From Pavona decussata (lineage: Eukaryota), in contig CDRNST010000035.1 in NCBI GenBank assembly GCA_977016875.1, positions 1,116,001 to 1,180,000 of the forward strand: a stretch of DNA of 64,000 bases. Direction: 5' to 3'. Within the stretch, counting starts at the first letter, position 1. Each line of letters opens with the position of its first letter. A program made the translations under genes and the position numbers. Positions 45,501-58,100 of the stretch are shown in pieces. The notes under the pieces were generated by a model, which saw only the letters and a program-made list of their open reading frames with translations, had not been told where the DNA came from and searched no databases.

Positions 45501-48500
45501 CCTTAACGTTCGATACGAAAATCAAAAAACAACAATTCCCCCCCCCCCCCCCCCAAACAAACCCCTACAGTAATTACATCTGGTGTGTCTTGTTGTGCTT
45601 AAAAGGTTTCTCAGAGCAAAGCACTTCCAAAACCTCGCTAAAATTCGCTTAAAATTCAAGCCTGATAATTGCAGTTCTTTGAGAGCAACTCATTCTTGGA
45701 GAAGTTCATTCCTTGAGACACAAGCTTTCGTTGAAAGCAAAGTTGAATTCAAATCGGGCGCCGACAAGCGTGTCACTGGAATTGCATGGCAAACTCACGG
45801 TCAAACCTAGGCACGGGTACTTAAATTTGCTCGACAGGGGGAATCCTCGTGAAACCTTTGGCTCGCAACAAACTACACACACGCACACACCCTCCCGGCT
45901 CAGGGCAGTTTTGTACCAGCCAGCCGTACATTACCCGGTCTAGATATAGTTGAGTTGCGATAGCCTATCATTTATGACAATTTGCAAATGCGTGGTAGTC
46001 TCTTGCTTACTGATAGAAACAAACAGGACTATGTGGAAAACAATCATCTGTGATAGGCATAATATAAATGCCACTATTGCAGCAGTCAGATTGCTCGCTT
46101 TCCTCTTAACTACAATACCGTATTGGTTTTTGTTTATGATTTTTTTACCTGGCGCTGAGTAATCCACTGATAAAGGCTAGGCCCTTTTCGCGAACACGCC
46201 AAAGATCAGTTCCTGGAGTTTCCTTTCTTAGTTACTTTCCTTTCGTTACTGGCTCCCTTCCTTACAGTAGCGATTAGACACAGCCATAGATTATTTCTGA
46301 AACTGCTTTGAAGGTTCAGCATCGCAAAGAAGCATAAAGCGGTGTGTGCTCGAGTCAAGTAGGTCAGGACCTTTGAAGCTTCGTACATCCTACTAGTACA
46401 CTTGTCTCTACTCCTAATTGCTTTTCAAATTAATTTATCAAATAGCATGAAGGCTCATCCACCTCCCACGGAAAAAAGTCTCCAACATCCGACACACTGA
46501 CAGAATCAGAAGGTGCCAGAGGCTTTAGAGAGTTTGAGTACAACTTGGTCGAAACTTCAAAAGGAACCTTGAAGTTTGACACGTTGAAGTACGACCTGCA
46601 AAAATTCATTGCAGAAGCAAAGACCTTGGCTGCAAACTTGTCAAGAATCATGGACGACCGAAAGCTACAACGAGTGCAAAGAGTATCCCGACGGATGAAG
46701 GTTGTTTCTGATGTGCAAACAGCCACAGACTCGCATCTTTCCAAAATATCAAACGTCCTTATCAGCATCCTGGGACGACTCCAACAAGATAGGGAGCTGA
46801 TTGCATTAAAGGAGCAAATGGAGTATGATCTCAGAAACCGGGTTTCACGAGAGAACGCGTTAGACAGATGTCGTGATCGCCTTAACCGCAGATTACAACA
46901 ACTGGTGGAGAATGACCGTGACCTCAGGAGACAGTTAGACGCCATTTGGAATTGTTTGTCTCAGATAGCTGACGGACCTGGTAGACTCTCTCTGCAAGTT
47001 AGTCAGCCCACTTGGACCAGTGAGGATTTCCAGCTGGATGAGAACTTTGCTTACAGTGACAATGGTTTACGCTCAATTTTGGTGAATCCAAGTTTGCCTT
47101 CCAGAATGCTTTTCTACGGATCATTGGGCGCAGCCATTGCTGGAGGAAATTGGGGTAAGTCTTAAATAAAACTTACTTAACTAATTAAAGGAGAAGTGTT
47201 ACGGGGATTTGGTGTCATTTCAAAAGCTCCCAAACCTTTTTCTCTCCAGTATACTAAAAGTGTTGATAAGTATCTCTGGCCAAAGGTGGACTGGGTCGGT
47301 AAAGTGGATTATAAAAGCTAAAAAAAAGCTAGGCTTACTTTTTTCAAGTTGTGGCACGTTTCCAAAATGCATATAAATTCAGAACATGCGGTTTTCCTTT
47401 CAAGAATATTCAGTTGATTTCTTTCTAGCAGTGTTCTAGAATTAATTTGTAACTAAGTGAAGGTATTAATGCACTATTTTCACCAAAATAGGTTAAAATC
47501 CCCGAGACAAGTGCCATGCATAAAATAGTGAGTGAATAATCAAGCTTTTTTCGTATCTCAGCACAAGGTGGTTTGCTGTGTAGCATTCCCGTATACTTTC
47601 AAGAATTACGCTGAAAGGGCAGCAGGGTGGGACAGAAACAAACAGAGTAAAATGTGTCTTTTGCTGTTATTTTGTTATTATCTTTTTACTGTTTGTTTAG
47701 CCTACAAATAAAGGCCAACCCGATCTTTTTGCCACGTACGAACAACTGACTGTACGTCTCATTCGTTTCGCGCGTTATTTTACAGCACAAATGGTGCTGA
47801 ATATAGCAATCTTGCCACCAAAGTGAATCATTTCCTGTAATTTAACTTTGTTTCTTTGAGTCGAGCGCTATATATTGCATGGCATCGCGTTGCATTGCAA
47901 TGTATTAATGTTGCACTCAAACAACAACTTTTCTGCAGCTATTTTGTCAGCGGTTGGCGTCCCAGTGTTGAACAGCGTACTTCCATCTACCGATTTCTGT
48001 GAGTGGTTGAGGTACATTTGGCCAACAAGCGACGAGGAGATTACTGCTGTCCAAAATTTCTTCGTCACCAAAGTCAGGCAATTGCATGAGGTAATTAACT
48101 TTGAGTGGTTAGTCTGGGTGAAACAAGTAACTGATAAAACAAACGGTGATAAGGATGGGACAAACTTCACATACACTGCTAGTGCTTTCTGTACAGACAC
48201 AAGGCGCATTTGGCATTACTGCTAGTAATGGTATGCACACTGCACACACTGCTCGTTTTCGGGAGTATGTCATATATGATCCTGGAAAAATGACCAAGCT
48301 CACGTCTTTTTCTTTCCCATTGCCCATTGATCAGACGGCATCAGACCCTTTCATAAAGAATATCTGATTCTAGTCTTGTTTTAAGGTAATCATTTCATAG
48401 CTCATAGCATTAACAATCGGTCATACTTGTCGATTACCTAATTGGAAACAGGTTGCTTGCGAGCATAGTTTTGATCGATTTACTGTGTACCAAAATCGCG

Positions 48501-49067
48501 GGCGCAGGTTTTCAATTACTTCAGGTATGAACTGCAAGTCGGCGAAGGTAAAAAATTATTGGGGGGGGGCCTCCCTAGTCCCCCCCGGTTCCGCGGTCCA
48601 TGCTTTGTAGAAGGTCATAGGTTCGACCTCCATGCTCAATTGACTTGAAGATACAAAGCAGTAGTGTATTAGATGTTACATATCAATAGTTACCCGACGC
48701 CCAATGCGTGACCATTTCTAGTTATACTTTCCAAATTGCCTGAGGATCTTGAAAGGCTGCTACCAAACCTCACCCTCATTTACTGAGTAGTTTACATGGC
48801 TGGCATATTATGTCCTCTGCTCGCTGCTCCAACTGTTCTTTATGTTTTTTTTTTCTTTTTCAGGAGAAATGCAGTGAAGTAGCAATTGATGGAATTAGTA
48901 ATTTGAAAGAGACAGCTGACTTAAGAATTCGAGGTGCAAAGAGATCCCTGGAAGACGACCTCAAGTTTGTGCAAGATGGAGACAACTTTTTAAACAAAAA
49001 AAGAAAGATAACCGACCGACTACAAAATTCGTTTGAAGCGTTTGAAGATAAGGTCCACGACATCTGA
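42600..49067 (+). CDS. Dynamin-superfamily GTPase (mitofusin/bacterial dynamin-like type), 5 exons, ~649 aa
   Basis: Exons 42600-43256, 45134-45361, 46446-47154, 47939-48090, 48864-49067 (1950 nt, GT-AG, phases 0/0/1/0). N-terminal helical region, then G1 GSVGAGKST, G2 region MPVTRAETT, G3 DTPG, G4 TKWD. These are followed by a helical stalk, a small-residue hydrophobic segment YGSLGAAIAGGNWAILSAVGVPVL, and a C-terminal helix. Confidence 0.85.
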
Positions 49068-52000
49068 GGTATTTTTGTGGGAGTGCTGAGCCCGAGTTGT
49101 GCTGACAACCTCACTCTTAGGGTGAGATAATTTTCCGAGTTGAGATAGTTTGCAAAGTTGACAGAACCTTGAAATATCAGTCTAAATCCATGGGGGATCT
49201 AGGGACGCCCCTCCCTCCCGGCCCTCCCCTCCCCCTCCTCCTTGTTTTTAAGCAAAACTGAGGGACGAGGCGCCGTGATATTTTGTTTCACGAAGACAAG
49301 CAAGGGAAGCGTTCTAGATTCGAGAGCGCAGCCCCACTTACCTGATGGTCTGTATCCGCCACTGTCCATTTGAATTCAAGAATCAGTTGCAAACAACTTC
49401 AAGTCGGTTCCGATAAGTGTTCAAATGGACTTTGTCAGCTGATTTTGGTATCACCATAAAAAGATCAACTCATATTTGCATCGGTAGAATATTTTAAAAT
49501 TAGTTCGTTAAATAATGTACAGAAGAACCTTGCTTACTCGAAGTCCCTAGTTGGTGTTGAATGTCAATCATTGTTTCACAATCTCGAGTCACTTTTAATT
49601 TAGCACAATACGTTAGTTTTAAGATACCCTTTGAGTAAAAAAAAAGTTTATTTTGGGAATTTATTCCACATTATAAGAACATATGAAGGACAGAACAAAG
49701 GCTGAGATCTAGTGAGGGATTTTGATACACCAGTCAGCTTTGCTCTGAAGTTTTGAGGTTTACCGACTGACGTTTCTTTTTTTAATAAAGATCGAGTTAT
49801 CGGAAGGAATTTGAGCTAAGGGAAGGTAAAATCAGTTCGAGTGAGCGGAGTTGTACCGTCTTTACAATGTACAAATTATGTGCCGATGACTTTGTAAATC
49901 ATGCCAGTCCTTTGTAAGAAACGTCAATGGGTTTTTCTTAGTTTTGCTTACTAATCTATGTAAATAGGCAATGGACTGTAACTCGGCTAAGACTTTTTTT
50001 GTAATTAACTGAGAAAGTAAGTTGTGAGTTTTTTGGTTTGGCCTCTCTTGGTGAACTTGTTTTCTTCCCATGATGACCGAGGGGAGAGATCATAACTTGT
50101 ACTCCCCCTACAAACCATTTTTACTAAGTGTTCTGTGATTATTCTATGAATAGTGATAACGGTTCTTGTATCAGTTAACAAATATAGTGTTCAGTTCAGT
50201 ATCTGAACAGATTGCTACCTATTCTATAATTAAAGTCGAACTGTAAACTTTCCAAACATTTTCGTGCATTCGTAACATAGCGGAGTCAAAAATTTTAAAT
50301 CCCTAGTTTTGATTGTTGTCAAATAGTAATCCCCTCTTGAAATCACGGAAAATCCTAAGGAATACAGTGATCAGAATTTACAAATATCTCCAATAATTAA
50401 CCCTCTTCAGGGGAAGTGGTATTCACCGATTAGTAACTAATATGTATATCAACTACTTACACTTCAAGTAGCTTTTGAAGGCGTGGACCACCTCTAAGAT
50501 TTTTGAAGTCTTGTTGCTGTGGTGAAAAAGAAAACTCGCAACACGGATAGAAAAAAGTTAAGGTGTCTTCACACGCCAAGCTTAGGTTTGTGAACATATC
50601 TTTAATAACAAACATTACACAGGTTTGCCTGTGTGAAGTCGCAGGCGGATTCATCCAAAATGGATTGGCGATTCTAATTCTTAACTAGTCAACAGGTCCA
50701 CAGCTACGCAACTTGGCTTGCCTCTATTAAAGGCCGCATTTTTGTCGAACAAATGTAAAGCACTTCACTATTCCCCGCTAAAGACAAAAATATTGAAATG
50801 CATTACCAGCATCTTTAGTCAAATCTTCTTCTTTTTTGATTTAAGAAAACGTAACTTCAAACATTATGCCTTATTAATTCCCGATCACAACTGAATACGC
50901 CGCCTTTGTTGCTTCTCTTGGCCGCCAAACACTATTCAAATAAATATATCATATTGCATTAGCCATTCGAGGAAGACTACAAGCTCTATAGCTCCTTCAG
51001 GACTCCTCGCCGCTCAGCCTCTTACTTATTATTAAATTTCTTCTTTATATTCCTTCTGTAAATGTTCATTGTATTGTATGGGTAATCCAAATAAAAAAAA
51101 AGAAAAGACGATTGATGTCGACCTAGAAGCACACTAGAAATTAATAGAGTTTTAAATGAAATGCAGGTTGCAAGGTGCGTGGAGCAGATAATAATATAGC
51201 TTTGAGTATGCGATAAATGGCTTAAAATTTCTAGGTGGTCTTATGTCAAAGGTGGGCAGGCGTGTCTACAAACGTAAATTATAAGCTCTTTTTAGAAGTG
51301 AAATGTCACTGGAACGTTCAGTTTTAACTCCAAACTGAACATTAACAAAACTTTTCTTCAAGATCTCAATCACTTTTAATTGTACGTGGAGAATTGGCAA
51401 TTATTGGAAACTTTGAAGTAATAGCTAGTTTACGAGGCTCCAAAAACCTTTTTTATCTGTTGTTGATGTTTATCATCAGAAATTCAATTGCTATTAAAAG
51501 CTTAATATCAAAGAACGTGTAATTTTTCAGTGTTCTTAACAGCTACATACTTAAATCCTCGGAAAGGCAAAAAGCTACTTATGATTTCAAAACCACCGCC
51601 TCTTGATAAACAATGATTTAAAATGCTTTCGGAAGTTTTAAAAACGCACGCCTGCCCACCCAAGTAGTCTTCGAAAAACATGAACAAGACCATGCACTAC
51701 TGTAATGAAAACCAAGTGGTGACTTTCTATAAACAATTTAAGTTGTGAAATCGGTCTACTCATTGGACAATGCAGACTACAAGATCTTGGTTCGTGCATG
51801 GCTAGGCGAAAGCGAGGAGGGAGTGGGGGGGGGGGGGGGTAGTCTTCCCATATTTAGGTGAAATTGGACACATCTGAATATTTCCGTGTTAGTCATCGGC
51901 GGTTTGAAATGATAGCTAGGTTAACAATTTGTCTCACGATTTAGTCACTTAGGAATAGACTGTTGGTTTTTTTTTTTTCTTCTTTCTTTTTTTCTCAATA

Positions 52001-52663
52001 AATATATCCAGACGGGACTAGCCCTCACTCAGACACGACGTTGCAAGCGCAACTAGGTCTTAATTCATGTAGCTTAAATTCTCTTGAGCACATTTAGCTC
52101 TATTTTTTTTTTATTGTAAATTTCATGTTTTCTCATTCTTATTGAAGTTTCTTGTAAGTAAGTGCATCTGGAGAATCAAAACTAGTATTTTGTTTTTTCA
52201 AACAATTCACTCGTGGACACCAAAATGTAATATTATTAAGAGCAAAATTGTGTTCTCTAACCAAAGGGTTTGTTTGAGTAAAACATGCGAACTCCTTAGA
52301 TGACATTTACAAACTCATTATCTTTGAAAGCTAGAACAACAGTATTTTTGTTTAAAAAAACGATTATACGATTAACTGCTTTCTTTGAAACACGTTACAT
52401 TTGCCGCTCCAGGGGACCTAAGTCTTCTGTTCCAGGGTTATTTTTCCTGTACTGCTGAATTGTTCGCTTTTGCATCGGGTTGCATGGTTGAAATTTATAT
52501 CAATGTTCCGGTTGTTCTGCTGTCAGCTACGAAAGAGATGGGAAGGACTCTAAAATGAGTACACGTAACTTGCAAAATGGACCAAAATCCTAAATAACCT
52601 GACTCCAGTGTTCCACGAGTGACCTGGCTTTCAATGCATGCCACAGGATCACCCATAGCAGCA

Positions 52664-52904
52664 TAGACTGTTCGCAATCGCCTATTTTTCCTTGGGATTT
52701 TCGAGACTAGTAGGCTTCCGTCGAAGTCGCACCATCTTATTTTGTAAAGGCGAGCACAATTTGGGGAGAGTCCCTTAACTACCGAGGCCCTGGTTAGGTT
52801 CTCCAGGAAGCCTTCGCCGTCATAAACCAAGATGGCGGGAGTTCGATCAAAGCGTACGAGACTCGAAAATCCCACGGAAAAAATAGGGCACTGTGAACAG
52901 TCTA
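52664..52904. mobile_element. MITE with TAGACTGTTC...GAACAGTCTA termini
   Basis: TAGACTGTTCGCAATCGCCTATTTTTC / GAAAAAATAGGGCACTGTGAACAGTCTA. Flanks ATAGCAGCA and ATAGCAGCT are 8/9 identical, a possible 9-bp TSD. Confidence 0.75.
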
Positions 52905-53194
52905 ATAGCAGCTAGTCCAACCATATTTATGTGTTCGTTCTGGCATGATTACCGATCAAATGGTACATCAAGATTTGAGTTTAAAATGGTAGGGAAAAAC
53001 ATCTTGTTCAATGAAAAGACATCGCGAGATAGTCCAAGTGCCTAGAGGGTTTCGATTTGATTGCAACTACTCTCTTCGATTACCTCACCTTGTTAAGAGC
53101 AAAACCCTTTGAATGCCACCAGTTTGCTAGTTTTGTCTTGGGGGGGGAGGGGCTGTCTTGCGTTGCCATGACATCCGAGGGCACCGTTTGCTCA

Positions 53195-54372
53195 CAAGGT
53201 AACGGTGACGGCAGCGAAAACATCATCATTAAAATGAATACGCGTTTGTTTGTTTGTTTGTTGTTGTTGTTGTCGTTTTTTTTAACGTTGTCGTGAGTAT
53301 TCCAACTCGATTTGAATGTCAAATGTAAGTAGTTTTCCTGGAGTTGAATTCTTGGAGACCTCACCCAAATTTAGAAAAAAGGAAGAAAAATTCGTCGCCG
53401 TGTGTTTACGTCCTCCATAAAACGTCCCATCAGGAAATTTCACGAACTAGTCGAACAGGGAAGGTAAAGAAATATACTAAAAAGTGTAATACTTTGGTTA
53501 TTAAGCCTGTTGCTTTTTTGACGTTTTCGTTGCCGTCGTCGTTGCTAAAGCTTCCTAATGAAGCATGGTGGAAACCGTGCCAAGAGCTCCTATGATGGAC
53601 ACAAGATCGAAGGATATGGAAACAGCACACAGTTCTCAAGGGACCATGGCAATTTTTATTGTACGAAGCAAAACTGTCTTCAAGTCACCAACGTACGAAA
53701 GAAATTCAAAGTTATGCGTCTTACAGGGTAGAAAAGAACTCTCCTTGACACTGCGGATACTTACGAAAAGGGATAGTTTCAAGGGTAGCTGCCTTTATAA
53801 CTAAGGTTCGTGATTGCATCCAATTACTTCGGCATGAATTACTATCTTGTTGATGTTTAAGTCATGACCTTCTGATAGCCAATCCCAATCAGATTCGAGA
53901 ATGTTTATTATAGTTGTTAATATGTGTCAAAAGCAACTAGTGTTGTGATAAAGAAAAATCAGGGGTTCGACTGTGGCGCGGACTCTCTTTAAATTTTTTC
54001 TGTAGTCCTACGCATGTGTCAATCGGAATAACAGGGACTTTAAGAAACTACGACGGCAACGACATTGTCACTTGAAAATAGAAGTTCGCGTTGCTTAAAC
54101 GTCTTAGCGATTATCCCTATTCTTTCAACTTGTACAATGTGGCCAAACTATCCAGCAACAGGAATGGTGGGAAAGGCTTCAACTTGAGACAGAGAATGAA
54201 TGTATTCCACACAAAACCTTGAAGGTGTTCATTTCACGTTGTTTGGCTGAGTACGGCAAAGAAACGCAGCAAAATTGAAAACACACCTGCAGGGCCTCTG
54301 TTTTTCTAATTAAATGCTATTGTTTTATGACGTTCTCGTTGCCGTTGCCATAGTAGCTTTTTAAACTCCCTA
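53195..54372. repeat. Two related MITE-like repeats (GACGGCAACG.../...CGTTGCCGTCGTC family) at ~53195-53558 and ~54033-54372
   Basis: AGGGACTTTAAGAAACTACGACGGCAACG ... CGTTGCCATAGTAGCTTTTTAAACTCCCT inverted ends; the upstream copy has similar ends. Confidence 0.55.
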
Positions 54373-55168
54373 ATTTTTTACCTGCCATATTTGCGATAGA
54401 CTGATCTTACTCTTGATAATAATTTTGAAAATTTTGCATCAGAAATATTTGTAAACAAACCCCCCAACAACAGGTACTATGGATGAACTTTACACTGACT
54501 GGTCAGACTTAAGGATTTCCTCCACAAACTGTATATACAAGTCTGGCACTATGATTATGGTTAAAATCCACTCTGCTGGTGCAACGCGAAAGAAAAAATG
54601 AACGTCCAGAGGAAACCTAGAATTCGAAAATAGTTTTGCAAACTCATCAATAATTCATTAAGAAAACAAAGTAAACTAGCCGTGAAAGAGGAGATTAGAC
54701 ATGAGATAAGCGGAGCTCCGCTTTCAATTTATTTATGAAGTAGTAATTTATGAGATGCTTGCATCAGGTGCTTGCATCAGGTATGCAAACACGTCGGTAA
54801 AAACAAATTGGTTGAGCCTCGTTTTTCAACCTTCTCAGGGTATCTGGTGAAACAACATTCCTAGTGTTTGATATATTAGCTCAACGAAATGTTTTCTCTG
54901 AACTCGTCAACGTCAATTGCACTTGAACTCTTCTTTATATTATTAATATGACTGTTATTATGCCTTCTGATACTATCAAAGTAAGATTTCCTACAACTTA
55001 CGAATTGAATGTGACGAATAAGTGGCTCTTACTTTTTACATTTCCAACAAGTATATGTTATTAACGTTACAAATCCACCGAAAGTCTCTTACAGCTAATT
55101 TTGTTGTTGGCCCTTCTGTTTCTTCATCTACTCCTTCACTGGAAATGTCTTGTTCACACTACACCTGT

Positions 55169-58100
55169 CTAACGCTGCCTCCTCGATCGCCGTCCACCTT
55201 TGTTCGAAGGGTTCCTAGTCTCCGCTATCCAATCAAAATAGGGCTCCACACGCGTGAAAAAATTATAACGACCTTTGATCCCGCATCCCTCGCCCCAGCT
55301 CACTAGTCCGGCGACAGTCCACCGATATTTCCTGGTTTTGGAATCATAGCGTTCGCGCAAAAAAGGTCCCCCACCATCTCCCCGACAGGAATGCTGACCA
55401 GCCTTTTCACCGTCTCCCGCACAAAACATAACACTGCTGTTAAATGCCTGGCGGGTTCTATTCCTGCAAACCTTGTTGGAGGAGATTGCCAGTGCTATAT
55501 GAACAGTGACCTTGGTTCGGCTTTTCTTGCGGCTCTGTTTTGAAGATTTCCTGTCTGGTTTTACGTGAGTTTGTTTCTCTCCCCACCCAGCCACGTAGCC
55601 GTGCTTTCCTGGTATTGCTAAGTCTTCGTTCATTTCCGGCAAGCATACCGGGCTTACGTACTTTCCAAGTTTCACTTTTCTATCCAGCTTTACAAGGGCG
55701 ATGTCATTTTGGTGATTTTGCCGTTTGTAGTTGTTGTGAATATAAATCTTAGAAGCTTCAATGACCTGTTCAGGACTTGTCTTTCTGTCTCCCAAATGAT
55801 GTCCACCGGCTTTTATAGTGTATCTAAAAATAGAGTATGGAGTTAGACTTCAATAAATCACGTTAACACATTGCGCTCTAAATCAAACCTTGTCGACATA
55901 TTAAGTCAATACTAGACTTAGTCATAAACCTCCAAAACGGAATCACTTTCAAACGCATTTCAATCAAATCTTTCTTACAAATGCGGACCAAAAACTCGTT
56001 CTTACAAGAGTCCAGAGATCCTCAGCCTGATGAATCGAAGCAGTTATGGACGTCCTGTCCTTTAAAATACATGCCTCAGATTTCTATAATAAAACATTCT
56101 TAGAACCAAATTGAACTCCACTTGGCTCTCCACATACCCATTGCCGCAAAATAATCAAGACAAATTGAAACTTGTCCCTTGGCCCGGTGACAATTCAGTA
56201 GGTTTTAAACTACTGAAAAAAGTGGGACATGCAACAAGTATAAGAACGTTTTGTCGGTCAAATTATTCACAGGAGAAAAGGAGAAATCGCTTAGCTATGA
56301 CAAGTGATGATCCGGTAACTGTCTGTGTACTTAATTTTTAGAACCCTCTCTCTCGACATTACCTTGAAGCTGGACGAATGATTGGCCTCCATGTTTTAGA
56401 ATAAAAACAGTGAGCCGCAGTAATAACCCATTCCTTGTCAATTAGCGCACCATTGCAGACATGGACACCTTAAAACAAAAACAAACAACTGAAATATTAG
56501 CATAACAAGAACCACACACACCAAAAACCAAAATCGCTAACAAAAGTATTTATCAAAGGAATTTGCCCTTCTCCTTTGGCTTCATGAAGCAACTTGCAAC
56601 TGCTTCATTGCTGTATTATTGAAGCGTCTTTGGGATATTCGTTAATCCGTGTTACAAACTTGTCCAACTTTAACAATTTTTCGGAGGAGGATTGATTTCG
56701 TGTTTTTCATGATTATAGTAAGGAGGGACACCAAAAATAAAATTGATGATGATGAAATTAATCTGATTTATCTTGAAGGAACCAACGGAAAGACTTCTGG
56801 CTTAATTAGTATGGACTTGTAATATAACTATTGTCTTCTCTTACCGTCCCAGTAGATATTGATTTGCCAGGGCCATACGCCGCTTGTTGCCTTGTTGCCG
56901 CGTACATTTCTTGCTCTTGGTTTGGTTACACTAACACCACATTCTGTGGGATCTTTAATCAAATAATTTCAATTACACATTTGTTAAGTTTCCCTTAGGT
57001 AATTCTTGAAATTGAGTAGTGTCCTTAAAAAATTCCCTTGATCTCTAGCCCTACAGGTACAAAAAACTTCTTAAACCCCTGAAAATTGCGATACTACGAC
57101 CTCCGGAAAAGCTGATTGTCTCTAGTGGCAGTGAGACTAACTAAGCTACAAGACAAGATGGGGGCGGATTCTGTAGCCAGTAACCAGTAGTGTTGGAATA
57201 AGAGCAATACGAGCGAGATTCTAAAGGCTGCTCAGTAATATTAAAAAGAATTAACTAAATGTGGGTACTTGTTCTGAGAAACTTCAAACCTAAAGCGAAT
57301 AGAATATGGTGGATACGGCACTTCTTCTACCATGAGTGTATTTATTGGACAAACTAGGTATGTCGCGTCTTTAAGCAAAGCGAACTGGAAAAAGGTTTGT
57401 CACTTTACCTCTTTTCCGCATGGTCACGGTTCGCCGCACAGCATCAAATACGTCCCCGTAATACCTTAGAAATATCACATGACTCTTCTCTGGCTGAGAC
57501 ACGACCGATGATAATAGCCGTTTGTTAGGGCTCTTTCCAATGGCAATGGAGAAAATCTGAAATGACTGCTCGCTCTCCAACAAACGAGCTGCCTTGGGAT
57601 GACTGGTGCCTATGTTCAAAATCCCAGTGCTTATGATAAACATGGCTTTGTTGCTGTTGGTTCGCGTGTTGGGCACCACCCTGCGTCTTGTCATGTACAT
57701 GGCCCGGCCTAGGGATGTCCCGCACCCCCCGGGTTTGTTAAGGTTTCCGATCTTTTTTATTACTCGGTCTGAAGGCGATGCGAAGTTTAACACAGTGTAT
57801 GGCTTGTTGTTGTACGAGACCACCGCCACACGAATGTCCCCTCTCCTGTAAATAAGATGCAAATCAACAGATTAAGTTAGAGTCTCTTTCCAAAGCAACG
57901 TTAAAGTGGATGATCAATTGAGAGCTAGAACAGATATCTGGTCACCCCTTCCCCCTTCCCCCTCCTGCCCTTCAACTAACCCACTCCCAAAGACACTCTC
58001 GAATACACGACTCCAAGACCCTTAATCGAGAACTACTGGATATCCCGTTATTCAGTTCTGCATGGGAGAAGTTCTAGGTACAGAGTTCTCATATTATCCC

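Noticed and set aside
46430-46945. 171-aa minus-strand ORF (also 13676-13984, 20635-20938, 33530-34093, 37669-37949)
   Set aside because: Antisense shadows of real coding exons with no recognisable motifs.
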